Assembly (NCBI GenBank): GCA_964360585.1 | Contig: CAYHXC010000001.1 | Coordinates: 21,907-85,906, forward strand | Direction of reading: 5' to 3' | DNA length: 64,000 nucleotides | DNA from: an uncultured Candidatus Saccharibacteria bacterium | Lineage (GTDB): Bacteria; Patescibacteriota; Minisyncoccia; UBA6257; 2-01-FULL-56-20 | Part shown: piece after piece, positions 55,351-64,000 of the stretch | Layout of the letters: every line of letters starts with the position of its first letter | Position numbering within the stretch: the first letter of the stretch is position 1 | The notes under the pieces: generated by a model | What the model was told of the DNA's origin: nothing | The model's input: the letters and a program-made list of their open reading frames with translations, nothing else | Databases searched by the model: none | Made by a program: the position numbers and the translations under genes

Positions 55351-57125
55351 GGCATGAGTAAAACTGTTATGTCATTTGAGCCACTGCCCACAGAAACGGA
55401 GGTAGACGTCGCAGAGTACCCAGGAGCAGAAACATCGAGTGTATAACTTCCGGTGCCAAGATCCTGGAAAAGGGCCTGCGCCGAAGGGACACAGATACCA
55501 TAAAATTCTAGGGAAACATCACTCAAAACTGGCGTTACTGTTTCATCGGTGGTCGACATAAATACTTTATACCTCAGATAGCGATGCCCGCTGTGCAAAG
55601 GAGAAATCGTTTCCCCGGAGTTTGTGTAGAATGTATTCACCGTGCCATCTGGGCCAGTAAAATCCCAAGTCGCGTTGTCATTATTTGAAGCAATCTGAAA
55701 ACCCAAGCTTGCACCAGAAGATTGTGACTCCGGATTCCAGTTCACGGTATAGAAATTTCCCGTACTCGATCCAATGTCCAACGACTGAGAAATAAGCCAA
55801 CTGGTCGTCGTAGTCGAATATCCCGTTCCTCCATTTACCAAACGCACAGTTCCCGGAACACTCGTCGCATCGATACCGCCATCCTGAGAATCAAACGTAC
55901 CGCTCGACCAATCAGTTTCCGTTATAAACGAGCGGGCTGTTTTCTTTGTTTCAGAAAATCCTGATTGCGAAAGAATAATGGTCGAACTCGCTATTCCCTG
56001 ACCGCTCTGGCCATCACGCACCTCCACCAAAAGCGAGTTTGGATCAGTGCTCGTGAGAATGAATGAAATATTTTCTGCCTCATCAGGATCAAGCGTAAAC
56101 TGAGAAGCGGGCATAATTCCGGCAATATCATATCCTGAACCAGTCAACGTGGCCGTATAGATATCCCACTCCAAATTTCCCCAGATTTTTTCTCCATTGA
56201 GGTCGGTACCAGAACTTGAAGAAAATTTAATAGTATCCGTGCCAATCGTCTTACTCCCTGCCAAAGTAAAAGCCTGGCTGGCCACGGGACGACAGACCGT
56301 ATCCATCGTTTTGAACGTGGCGCTACTTAAACGATCAATAGAAAATGTTTTCGAAGACAAGGTTTGAGCCGCCACACTGGCATGGGTGTACTGTGAAAGC
56401 GGAGTAGGATTTTCGGGATCGCCAATCGCGTACGTCTGTTCAGAAGAATATCCTTCTTTACTCACTCTAATTTCGTATCCTTGCGTACTCGTCGGTGCAC
56501 CAATCAACTGCAGTACGCCACTGCCATTCGTAATATCAGTTAAATTGATTGAAGGAACCACGCTCGCATTTATAATCTGAACAGTGGCCGTGGCCACAGG
56601 AAGACCGCTCGCGTCAATGACCGTCACGAAAAGAGAACCATCACTAGCCGCGCTTTCCAAATTTTTCGGAGCGACCGTCGTGGTCATAATAAGCGGCACA
56701 CTGCGCGCGCAACTCGTACAACGGATAGAAAGCTCAACCAACTTATAATCGCTGGGCGAGGTATCATTCGGCGTCCCGCCAAGGGTGCTGTCGAAGGAGT
56801 CGTCGATGTTCCGAACATACGTTTCAAGGGCAAAAGCCAGACCATTGGTAGAGGCGACCGCTTTCGTTGGCAACAAAACACCGCTCGGAATACCTCCTAC
56901 TATTCCTACTTGATCGTATGGTAAGTTGCGAATGATTTCGATTTCATTTGCGGCAATGGTTGCTGCTTCAGTTCGAACACCCGAATTAGTCACCACATCA
57001 ATAATAGAAACATAGGAAGCGTAAATAGCCCCGAACAGTAAGCTGATAAGACCGATCGCAATGATGACTTCGATCAGACTCAATCCTCTTCTCTTTTTTT
57101 GATACGTAAATATAATCTCTGCCAT
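55347..57125 (-). CDS. PilV-like minor pilin with carboxypeptidase-regulatory-like domains
   Basis: RGLSLIEVII; EIIRNLPY; likely start ATG 57125. Confidence 0.75.
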   Translation of the reverse strand: MAEIIFTYQKKRRGLSLIEVIIAIGLISLLFGAIYASYVSIIDVVTNSGVRTEAATIAANEIEIIRNLPYDQVGIVGGIPSGVLLPTKAVASTNGLAFALETYVRNIDDSFDSTLGGTPNDTSPSDYKLVELSIRCTSCARSVPLIMTTTVAPKNLESAASDGSLFVTVIDASGLPVATATVQIINASVVPSINLTDITNGSGVLQLIGAPTSTQGYEIRVSKEGYSSEQTYAIGDPENPTPLSQYTHASVAAQTLSSKTFSIDRLSSATFKTMDTVCRPVASQAFTLAGSKTIGTDTIKFSSSSGTDLNGEKIWGNLEWDIYTATLTGSGYDIAGIMPASQFTLDPDEAENISFILTSTDPNSLLVEVRDGQSGQGIASSTIILSQSGFSETKKTARSFITETDWSSGTFDSQDGGIDATSVPGTVRLVNGGTGYSTTTTSWLISQSLDIGSSTGNFYTVNWNPESQSSGASLGFQIASNNDNATWDFTGPDGTVNTFYTNSGETISPLHSGHRYLRYKVFMSTTDETVTPVLSDVSLEFYGICVPSAQALFQDLGTGSYTLDVSAPGYSATSTSVSVGSGSNDITVLLMP

Positions 57126-57126
57126 T

Positions 57127-58224
57127 TTACTGTGAAAGGCCTTGGCTAATGGTGTATATCGGCGTGATGATCGAAAGCGCCACGAAACCAACCACGATAC
57201 CCATGACAAGCAGAATAAGCGGCTCAAGCAACACGGTGACATTTTTTAATGATGTCTCGACTTCTTCCGAATAGTAATTAGCTAAATAGGACAAGTTCTC
57301 TTCGAGATTTCCGGTATTCTCCCCTACCTCAACCATAGCCGAGAGAATGGGTGGAAATATTTTTTTCTTCTTCATGAGATACTCGGAGAAAGCGCTGCCT
57401 TTTTTAATTTCTTCAGCCGCTTCTTTCAAGGCCACCTCATATACTTTATTTTCAAAGGTGTTGCTGACAATAAGAATCGATTCGACAATTTTGATGCCGC
57501 TCCGTAAAAGGATGGCGAGAATGCGACTCATATTCGTAACGTTCACATAAATGGCGAGCGAAGAAATAACCGGAAGCATCAGTATAAAATGATCGAAGAC
57601 CAACTTGACGGGCGGAAGGCGAAGAAGTGCTCGCCAAGCAACTACGATCATAATGACGAGTCCGATGACCAACCACCAGTAGCTACTAATGAATCCGAGA
57701 ACGGCGATCAGTATGCGGGTAGCAAGCGGTAACTCAACATCAAAGTTAGTAAATGTAGGCAGGAGTTTTGGAAAAACAAAGAAGGCCAAGAAACCGCTCA
57801 CGCCCATCGTCATCACGAAAAGAATGGCGGGATAGACCATGGCCGAGCGGACCTTGTTTCGCAGATCCTTGGACTTCTTCAGTTCTTCGGCGAGATAGAG
57901 CAGATTCGGCCCCAATGTTCCGCTCCGCTCACCAACCTCAACGACGCTGATAAAAAAGTCGCCGAAGATTCTGTGAAAACGGCGCAAACTGCCGGCCATC
58001 GTCTGGCCGTTATTCACATCTAAAATCAGCTGATCAATAATGATCTGAAATTTCTTGGTGGTCGTCTGACGACGCAAAATTTTCAAACTTTCAAAGAGCG
58101 GCAAACCGGCTTTAACCATAATCGCCAGATGTCGCGCGAAGTTGATCTTTTCCTGAATTGGAACACGCCCCCGAACGATCGGCGTGTGTCCGAGTTTCAC
58201 CGGATCTTTTTTAAAAAGAATCAT
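57127..58224 (-). CDS. pilC: Type IV pilus platform protein (PilC/GspF)
   Basis: LAIMVKAGLPL; GERSGTL; AMVYP; GENTGNL; LLEP. Confidence 0.93.
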   Translation of the reverse strand: MILFKKDPVKLGHTPIVRGRVPIQEKINFARHLAIMVKAGLPLFESLKILRRQTTTKKFQIIIDQLILDVNNGQTMAGSLRRFHRIFGDFFISVVEVGERSGTLGPNLLYLAEELKKSKDLRNKVRSAMVYPAILFVMTMGVSGFLAFFVFPKLLPTFTNFDVELPLATRILIAVLGFISSYWWLVIGLVIMIVVAWRALLRLPPVKLVFDHFILMLPVISSLAIYVNVTNMSRILAILLRSGIKIVESILIVSNTFENKVYEVALKEAAEEIKKGSAFSEYLMKKKKIFPPILSAMVEVGENTGNLEENLSYLANYYSEEVETSLKNVTVLLEPLILLVMGIVVGFVALSIITPIYTISQGLSQ

Positions 58225-58653
58225 TTATCCTCCAAACTTTTTGTAATTTTTTAATACACGTAGCAAATAATTTTTCCCCCCAACCAGATTTCAAAAATTT
58301 CTCTCTTAAAGCGGCGTCGTGCTTATTTAAATACGACTCAATATAAATCAATTTAAAAGGACGTCTAGACTGGGTGGAAAAAACTTTTCCAGAATTATGC
58401 ATAATAAGTCGTCGCTTTAAATTATTAGAACCCATCTTAAAAATAGGCACAGGGGTATTCCGTGATAGATTCGAGCGAGAACCATCCGACCCGAGACAGG
58501 AATACCCTATGGTATTTCAAGGAGGGTCGGGTGGGTTTATAGCCGAATCTAGCCGGAAGACTGCGTGATTCTATTTTTGAGATGGGTTCTAGTAATACCG
58601 ACATATTTGTCTCTATCAATTGTACTTTCTCATACATAAACGTGCCACCACAT
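58225..58653 (-). pseudogene. GIY-YIG nuclease pseudogene
   Basis: MWWHVYV*ESTIDRDKYVGIT[MITE]NNLKRRL..LIYIESY..AALREKFLKSGWG(+1 nt)KNYLLRVLKNYKKFGG*. Confidence 0.8.
58428..58589. mobile_element. 162-bp MITE, copy 2
   Basis: Inverted copy of 36871-37032 with a TA duplication. Confidence 0.88.
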
Positions 58654-58680
58654 ATCTTTACAAAAAGTGAGGAGGACAAG

Positions 58681-59916
58681 CTACTCCTGCATGATATGGA
58701 GGAGTTCCTCGATGCTGATCATTCCCTCGTCCACCTTCTGGAGGCCATGATGAAACATCGTGAGCATGCCGTTTTTGATCGCCGCCTCCTTTATTTCGGT
58801 GGCAGTGGCCCGCTTAATGATGAGCGCCCGGATGGTTTCGTCAACTTCTAAAACTTCACGAATGGCGGTTCGACCGACATAGCCGGTTCCCTGGCAGGCC
58901 TCACAACCTTTCCCTTTGAAAAACTGACTCGGCACGATCGCATCTGGCGGCAAAATTTCTTTAACGCTTTTAATTTCGTCTTCGGTCATTTCCCGCGGAA
59001 TACGGCACTTCTGACAAATCATCCGAACTAGACGTTGGCCGATTGCTACATTGATGGTCGAACCAATTAAAAATGGCGGAATCCCCATATCCATCAAACG
59101 CGGAAAGGTTGTCGCTGAATCGTTGGTATGAAGCGTGGAAAAAAGTAAGTGTCCGGTTAACGCGGCATTCACGGCAATGCGCGCTGTTTCTTCATCTCGA
59201 ATTTCGCCGACCATAACAATATTCGGATCCTGACGTAAAACAGCGCGAAGACCATTCGCAAAAGTGAGTCCAACCTGGTTATTCACCTGAATCTGGCTGG
59301 CGCCCTCAAACGAATACTCGATCGGATCCTCAATCGTCACAATCGAAACCTCCGGCCGATTCACTTCGCGAAGCATGGTGTAAAGAGTCGAAGTTTTTCC
59401 CGATCCGGTCGGACCATTGGCCAGGATCATGCCGTAGGGTTTATTGATTGCCTTTTTTACTTTCACCAGATCTTCTTTTGCAAAACCAAGATTATCAAGA
59501 TTAAAAGCATGCGTTGGAACCAAAACGCGCATAACCACATTTTCACCATGATAAGTCGGCACGATTGAAACACGCACATCGACACTTCCCACATCTTCAA
59601 TACTTGATTTAAATCGTCCATCCTGTGCTTGGCTATGCTCATCAGTTCGTAATCCCGATAAGACTCGGACGCGAGTAATCAACTCTGATTGTAATTCTTT
59701 AGAAACCGCAATGTTTTCAAAGATATCCTGGAGCTGACCATCGATTCGAAAACGCACCCGCACCTTCGTTGTCCCTGGTTCGATGTGAATATCCGAGGCA
59801 TGCGAGGTGTACGCGTACTCCACAAAGTAGTCGATCAGCTTGATAATCGAAATTTCCTCGAGCGGTTTCAATAACTGCTCTTCGACTGCTTTTTTAAGAT
59901 CAGGAAGCTTCCTCAT
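58681..59916 (-). CDS. pilB: PilB/GspE family ATPase (no N-terminal extension)
   Basis: ASDIHIEP; GPTGSGKT; TIEDPIE; LRQDP; STLHTN; CQKC/CEAC. Confidence 0.92.
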   Translation of the reverse strand: MRKLPDLKKAVEEQLLKPLEEISIIKLIDYFVEYAYTSHASDIHIEPGTTKVRVRFRIDGQLQDIFENIAVSKELQSELITRVRVLSGLRTDEHSQAQDGRFKSSIEDVGSVDVRVSIVPTYHGENVVMRVLVPTHAFNLDNLGFAKEDLVKVKKAINKPYGMILANGPTGSGKTSTLYTMLREVNRPEVSIVTIEDPIEYSFEGASQIQVNNQVGLTFANGLRAVLRQDPNIVMVGEIRDEETARIAVNAALTGHLLFSTLHTNDSATTFPRLMDMGIPPFLIGSTINVAIGQRLVRMICQKCRIPREMTEDEIKSVKEILPPDAIVPSQFFKGKGCEACQGTGYVGRTAIREVLEVDETIRALIIKRATATEIKEAAIKNGMLTMFHHGLQKVDEGMISIEELLHIMQE

Positions 59917-60025
59917 TTGAAAATATTTGAATTTATTATACCACAGGAAGAGTTAACACTTATATAATGGTAATCCACTTTCTCTCAATCTAATGGTAGG
60001 AAAATATTTATTTTTCTGGTAAAAT

Positions 60026-60706
60026 ATGGATATGGAAATATCTTCAGATCGAGCCCTAAAGATTTCTCTTACTATGAAACAAAAAAAGTTGGATAACTTC
60101 TTGGTTTGGAGAGAGAAAATGAAATCTGAAGGAAAAATTAAGAGCAATTACCCCCCGTTCCCTCATACCTCTGATCTAGCAGAGCTCATCGGTGTCGTTT
60201 TGGGAGATGGCCATATCGAAAAATTCCCTCGCACAGAACGCCTTATCATTGCCGCTAACTCAAATAACGAAGGTTTTGTAAAGAGATATGTTGAAATCAT
60301 CGAAAAATTATTCCATAAAAAACCCTTGTGTACGAAAGTAAAAAAAGCTAATTGTATTCGAATAAGCATCTATGAAAAATTCATCAGCAAACGGCTAGGT
60401 ATACCTACCGGCAATAGGAAAAACTTTCAATTTAAATCGCCCATCTGGATTTTGAAAAATAGAATTTTTCTTATCTCATTTCTGCGAGGTCTGTATGAAG
60501 CTGAAGGAAGTTTCTGTATTCACAAACCCACATCTACCTATAAACTTTTATTCAAGAATACAAACTCTTATCTCTTAGATAGCGCTTTTGAAGGACTTGA
60601 AATGCTTGGATTCCATCCACACCGAAGCACAAATCAAATACAACTATCTCGTAAAAAGGAGGTTTACGACTGCAAAGATTTGATTGAGTTCAGAAAATAT
60701 GGTTAA
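60026..60706 (+). CDS. LAGLIDADG homing endonuclease-like protein, free-standing
   Basis: LAELIGVVLGDG and FLRGLYEAEGS motifs. Confidence 0.85.
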   Translation: MDMEISSDRALKISLTMKQKKLDNFLVWREKMKSEGKIKSNYPPFPHTSDLAELIGVVLGDGHIEKFPRTERLIIAANSNNEGFVKRYVEIIEKLFHKKPLCTKVKKANCIRISIYEKFISKRLGIPTGNRKNFQFKSPIWILKNRIFLISFLRGLYEAEGSFCIHKPTSTYKLLFKNTNSYLLDSAFEGLEMLGFHPHRSTNQIQLSRKKEVYDCKDLIEFRKYG

Positions 60707-60717
60707 AATGTAGTAAT

Positions 60718-60788
60718 TGCCGGATCGTCTAATGGTAGGACACAGCTCTCTGAAAGCTGTTATCTTGGTTCGAATCCAAGTCCGGCAG
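60718..60788 (+). tRNA. tRNA-Gln (CTG)
   Basis: Acceptor TGCCGGA/TCCGGCA; anticodon arm CAGCT-CTCTGAA-AGCTG; GGTTCGAATCC; CCA not encoded. Confidence 0.95.
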
Positions 60789-60811
60789 CATCAGTCAGCG
60801 CAGTATCGTGG

Positions 60812-61201
60812 ATGACCGCGACGCATAAGTTTTATCGAAGTATGGAACCATTTAAGAAAGTAACGACGGAGGTCAGAAAACATAATATAAGTTTATTGTG
60901 GTCTATTTCAGATCGCTGGTTTAGAATTTTGGAATTTTCACTCATTATGGGGATATTGAATTACTTTAAAGATCAAACGAGCAGTATTGTTATAGAGATC
61001 ATCTACTGGATATCTTGGACCTTCATGTTTTGGCTGATTTTAGAAGTAATCGAATTTATTGCACAAACATTTTCTAAAAACAAAACCTTAAAAATACGGT
61101 GGTTGATATGGGCTGTTTCATTTAGTGCATTTTTCATGTTGTTTCTTACAATTACTTCCGCAGCAAATTTCATAACCGAAGGACAGTTTGGTATAAAGTA
61201 A
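60812..61201 (+). CDS. Membrane protein (about 3 TM helices), low GC
   Basis: Hydrophobic helices; start may be ATG 60842. Confidence 0.55.
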   Translation: MTATHKFYRSMEPFKKVTTEVRKHNISLLWSISDRWFRILEFSLIMGILNYFKDQTSSIVIEIIYWISWTFMFWLILEVIEFIAQTFSKNKTLKIRWLIWAVSFSAFFMLFLTITSAANFITEGQFGIK

Positions 61202-61324
61202 AGCTCCGATCAAGACGGACCAATAATTCCAGCCTCGTCGCACAATTATATGTTGGGCGGCGGACTCGCAAACAAAAAGCACCCTCTCGAATAACGAAAG
61301 GGTGCTGTTATTCCACGGTCAATC

Positions 61325-62941
61325 CTAGAGAACTGTCTGAGGCTGATATTCTCCGAAAACTCTTCGGAACACATCGCTGATCTCGCCTAATGTCACATAC
61401 GCGCGTACCGCATAGATGGTGGGTAGCATGAGGTTATTTCCTTCTCTCGCTGCCCTTTCAACCTCTGCGATCAATCTAATCGCTTCGGCTTGATTTCTTT
61501 CGGAACGCACTCTGGCTAATCCAGCCTTTTGCTTTTCTTCTATTGTGGGATCGATTTTTAGGGTGGTAAGGGGAGTGTCTTCTCTTCCCTTAAATGCGTT
61601 GACACCAACAACAATCGTTTCTCCGGCATCCACTGCTTTTTGGTGGTAATACGATGCCTCGGCAATCTCCCGTTGCTGGTAGCCTAGTTCAATCGCCCTA
61701 ACCGCTCCGCCAAGCTGATCGATACGATCGATATATTCCTGGGCTTGGCTCTCGATAGAGTCGGTGAGCGACTCAACGAAGTACGAACCGCCAAGTGGGT
61801 CGACTGTATCAGCTACTCCGCTTTCATAAGCGATAATTTGCTGGGTGCGCAGAGCCAACTGTACCGACTCTTCGGTCGGCAAGGCTAGCGCTTCGTCCTT
61901 AGAACAGGTGTGGAGTGACTGTACTCCCCCCAGAACACACATCAAGGCTTGCAAAGTAACCCTTGCGACGTTGTTATCAGGTTGTTGAGCGGTTAAAGTA
62001 CTGCCGCCAGTATTTACCTGCATGCGCAACATCATGGATTTCGGATTCTTCGCCCCGAAACGATCTTTCATGATTCTTGCCCACAGTCGTCGAGCAGCAC
62101 GAAGTTTTGCTATCTCTTCGAAAAAGTTGCTGTGCACAGTGAAGAAGAACGATAGCTTCGGCGCAAATTGGTCGACCTCGAGGTCGGCTTTCAAGGCAGC
62201 GTCCACGTAGGCAATTCCGTGGGCTAGCGTAAATCCAAGTTCCTGGGTCGCAGTGGATCCCGCCTCACGCATGTGATAACCGGAAATCGAGATGGTGTTC
62301 CATCTTGGCACTTCCCGAGCACAGAATGAGAAGATATCGGTGATCAACCGCATTGCTCCCTGGGGCGGGTAGATGTAGGTACCACGAGCGACGTACTCTT
62401 TCAGGATGTCATTCTGGATAGTGCCCGCACAATTGGCCCATCTCACGCCTTGGCGTTCGGCAGCGACCAGATGCATGGCCAGGATGATAACGGCTGTAGC
62501 GTTGATGGTATAGGAAACTGTGACTTCGTTCAGTGGAATCCTTCGGTACAAGGTTTCCATATCGGCCACCGAACTCAGCGCTACACCAAGTCGTCCGACC
62601 TCTCCAGCAGCACGTGGGTGATCAGAGTCATAACCCATTTGCGTCGGAAGGTCCTGAGCCGAACTCAGCCCTTTTTGCCCATGATCAAGGAGAAACCTGA
62701 ATCGTTCATTAGCTTCTTCGGCAGTACCAAATCCGGCATACTCTCGAAACGTCCAGATTCTTTCTCGATACATGCTGGGATGTACTCCACGCGTGAAGGG
62801 GTACTCACCAGGCAATCCCAGCTTGCTTGAGTGGTCCCAATAATGAAGATTGTCTGGTGTGTAAACCTCTTGTACCACGCAACCAGATGATGTCCGCCTC
62901 TCTTCATTTCCCATAGCTGTTCCCTCTATTTTTTTGTTCAT
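61325..62941 (-). CDS. B12-dependent acyl-CoA mutase, substrate-binding subunit (methylmalonyl-CoA mutase family)
   Basis: PGEYPFTRG; YAGFG; TIQNDILKE; [12 protein letters not shown]; [10 protein letters not shown]; no cobalamin-binding domain. Confidence 0.92.
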   Translation of the reverse strand: MNKKIEGTAMGNEERRTSSGCVVQEVYTPDNLHYWDHSSKLGLPGEYPFTRGVHPSMYRERIWTFREYAGFGTAEEANERFRFLLDHGQKGLSSAQDLPTQMGYDSDHPRAAGEVGRLGVALSSVADMETLYRRIPLNEVTVSYTINATAVIILAMHLVAAERQGVRWANCAGTIQNDILKEYVARGTYIYPPQGAMRLITDIFSFCAREVPRWNTISISGYHMREAGSTATQELGFTLAHGIAYVDAALKADLEVDQFAPKLSFFFTVHSNFFEEIAKLRAARRLWARIMKDRFGAKNPKSMMLRMQVNTGGSTLTAQQPDNNVARVTLQALMCVLGGVQSLHTCSKDEALALPTEESVQLALRTQQIIAYESGVADTVDPLGGSYFVESLTDSIESQAQEYIDRIDQLGGAVRAIELGYQQREIAEASYYHQKAVDAGETIVVGVNAFKGREDTPLTTLKIDPTIEEKQKAGLARVRSERNQAEAIRLIAEVERAAREGNNLMLPTIYAVRAYVTLGEISDVFRRVFGEYQPQTVL

Positions 62942-63413
62942 GTGCTACCTCCTTTGTTGTTGAGCTGGTTAGATTCTACCAGGGCAAAGTCAAAATCTGA
63001 AATATATATAATCTTATACCACAAAAAGTGACACTACCCCACCCCATTCTCGTGTCACTTTTGTCACTTTTTGGCGAACAGAGGCGCTCGAGACCCGTCG
63101 AGATGATAAGATAAAACTACTTGAAATTGCCTTACAGAGCTTGACCGCTCACGGTTCTAGCTCGAGACGGCCAGCACGAGTCAGCGCAATATCGAGGCAG
63201 ACTAGAGAGCCTCGTCGAGCTGCGGACCCGATCTCCGTCCCTTAATCGTCATACCGGCTGCTTGCCCGGCCGAAGCTTTCTTGTCCGCCATAGCTTTCTT
63301 TGACCTTCCGAAGCCTTGTGTGTAGGAGGTAGCGTCGGCGGGAGCGAAGGAGGGAGCGCCGTATTCAGAGAAGAAAAACACCAATTCGATTGGTGTTTTT
63401 CTTCGTGCGTCAT

Positions 63414-63968
63414 CTAGGCCTTGCAAATATCTGGTCGCCAACGCGGGAGATTTTTTGCCGACCATTCGGTTGCCCCGCCTTTGATACTGTAGGCAGTAAC
63501 CCCTTTTTTGCGGAACATACTTGCGATCATTCTCGTCCTTACGCCCATAGGACACAACAGAAACACTTTCTGTTTCTTCCACTTACGAACAAGCTGGGGC
63601 ATATTCTCGCTGATTTTATAAGAGTCCATCCGTTCGGATACGGGAAGGTGGAAATGGACAAACTCGCCGTAACTTCTTATATCAATGAGGATGACTTCTG
63701 GATTCTTCGATATCCTCTCCCCTTCTTGAAGTTTCTGCCACATTTCCTTTTGTGAAATCCCATAAATCAATTCATACGCCTTCTCTGGTTCTATATCAAA
63801 ACCTTCAGATTCTTTATCTGGAGTAATTGATTTCTTTACTCGCTTACCATCGGGTTTGTTGATGAGTAAGTTTTCATTCTCGATTTTCGGGAAATGAGAA
63901 GCATCCAAATACTCGAAGTACTCCTCAAGATACGGTAGTGGACTGTCGGGACAGATAAAAACCGCCAT
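63414..63968 (-). CDS. Rhodanese-like domain protein
   Basis: LIDIRSYGEF; LCPMGVRT; IKGG..EW; AAGGAG RBS. Confidence 0.8.
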   Translation of the reverse strand: MAVFICPDSPLPYLEEYFEYLDASHFPKIENENLLINKPDGKRVKKSITPDKESEGFDIEPEKAYELIYGISQKEMWQKLQEGERISKNPEVILIDIRSYGEFVHFHLPVSERMDSYKISENMPQLVRKWKKQKVFLLCPMGVRTRMIASMFRKKGVTAYSIKGGATEWSAKNLPRWRPDICKA

Positions 63969-64000
63969 AACCTCTCCTTCCTCATTGTGGAGAGACTCTA

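Larger units (their letters stand above)
58225..58679 (-). mobile_element. IR-bounded GIY-YIG cassette between pilB and pilC
   Basis: 22-bp IR at 58225-58246 and 58658-58679. Confidence 0.7.

Noticed and set aside
58630-58632. In-frame TGA in the GIY-YIG ORF as a sign of a recoded genetic code
   Set aside because: TGA ends intact genes such as aspS, mreB and scpA, and this ORF has other lesions
58437-58679. 80-aa ORF (and the neighbouring 79-aa ORF) as real genes
   Set aside because: They are chimeras of MITE sequence and GIY-YIG pseudogene fragments
62942-63110. Cobalamin riboswitch upstream of the mutase
   Set aside because: No B12-box-like motifs seen; only an AAAAGTGACAC/GTGTCACTTTT inverted repeat of unknown role
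1-64000. CRISPR array or cas genes
   Set aside because: No regularly spaced repeat-spacer array and no Cas-like ORF; the repeats are dispersed palindromes

Overview
Chromosomal segment of a small-genome bacterium. Gene content points to Patescibacteria/CPR (Parcubacteria-like), which is an inference; the genetic code is standard. Core genes: the infA-rpmJ-rpsM-rpsK-rpsD-rpoA-rplQ operon, rplM-rpsI, rplU, argS (partial), aspS, proS, pyrG, a pyrE-pyrF fusion, mreBCD-PBP2, mraY, scpAB, dnaX, a type IV pilus cluster, pgk, galT and ndh. RNA genes: tRNA-Gln(CTG), a compact 6S-like RNA and an approximately 1,030-nt RNase P RNA. The RNase P gene carries a complete GIY-YIG nuclease ORF in the loop of helix P3, and helix P19 is closed by the same inverted-repeat (IR) pair. 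This looks like one case of a window-wide pattern: several families of IR-bounded hairpin cassettes, either empty or carrying GIY-YIG or four-helix-bundle genes, sit in RNA helices or exactly between stop and start codons. Other notable items: duplicated gene 3' ends with only synonymous changes (rpsI and a Cys-rich protein), two ArsR + Cys-rich-protein modules with four copies of a palindromic site, an IS200 inside one arsR, a 162-bp MITE in two copies, a LAGLIDADG gene beside the tRNA, and a divergent acyl-CoA mutase. All calls come from reading the sequence by eye; no searches were run.
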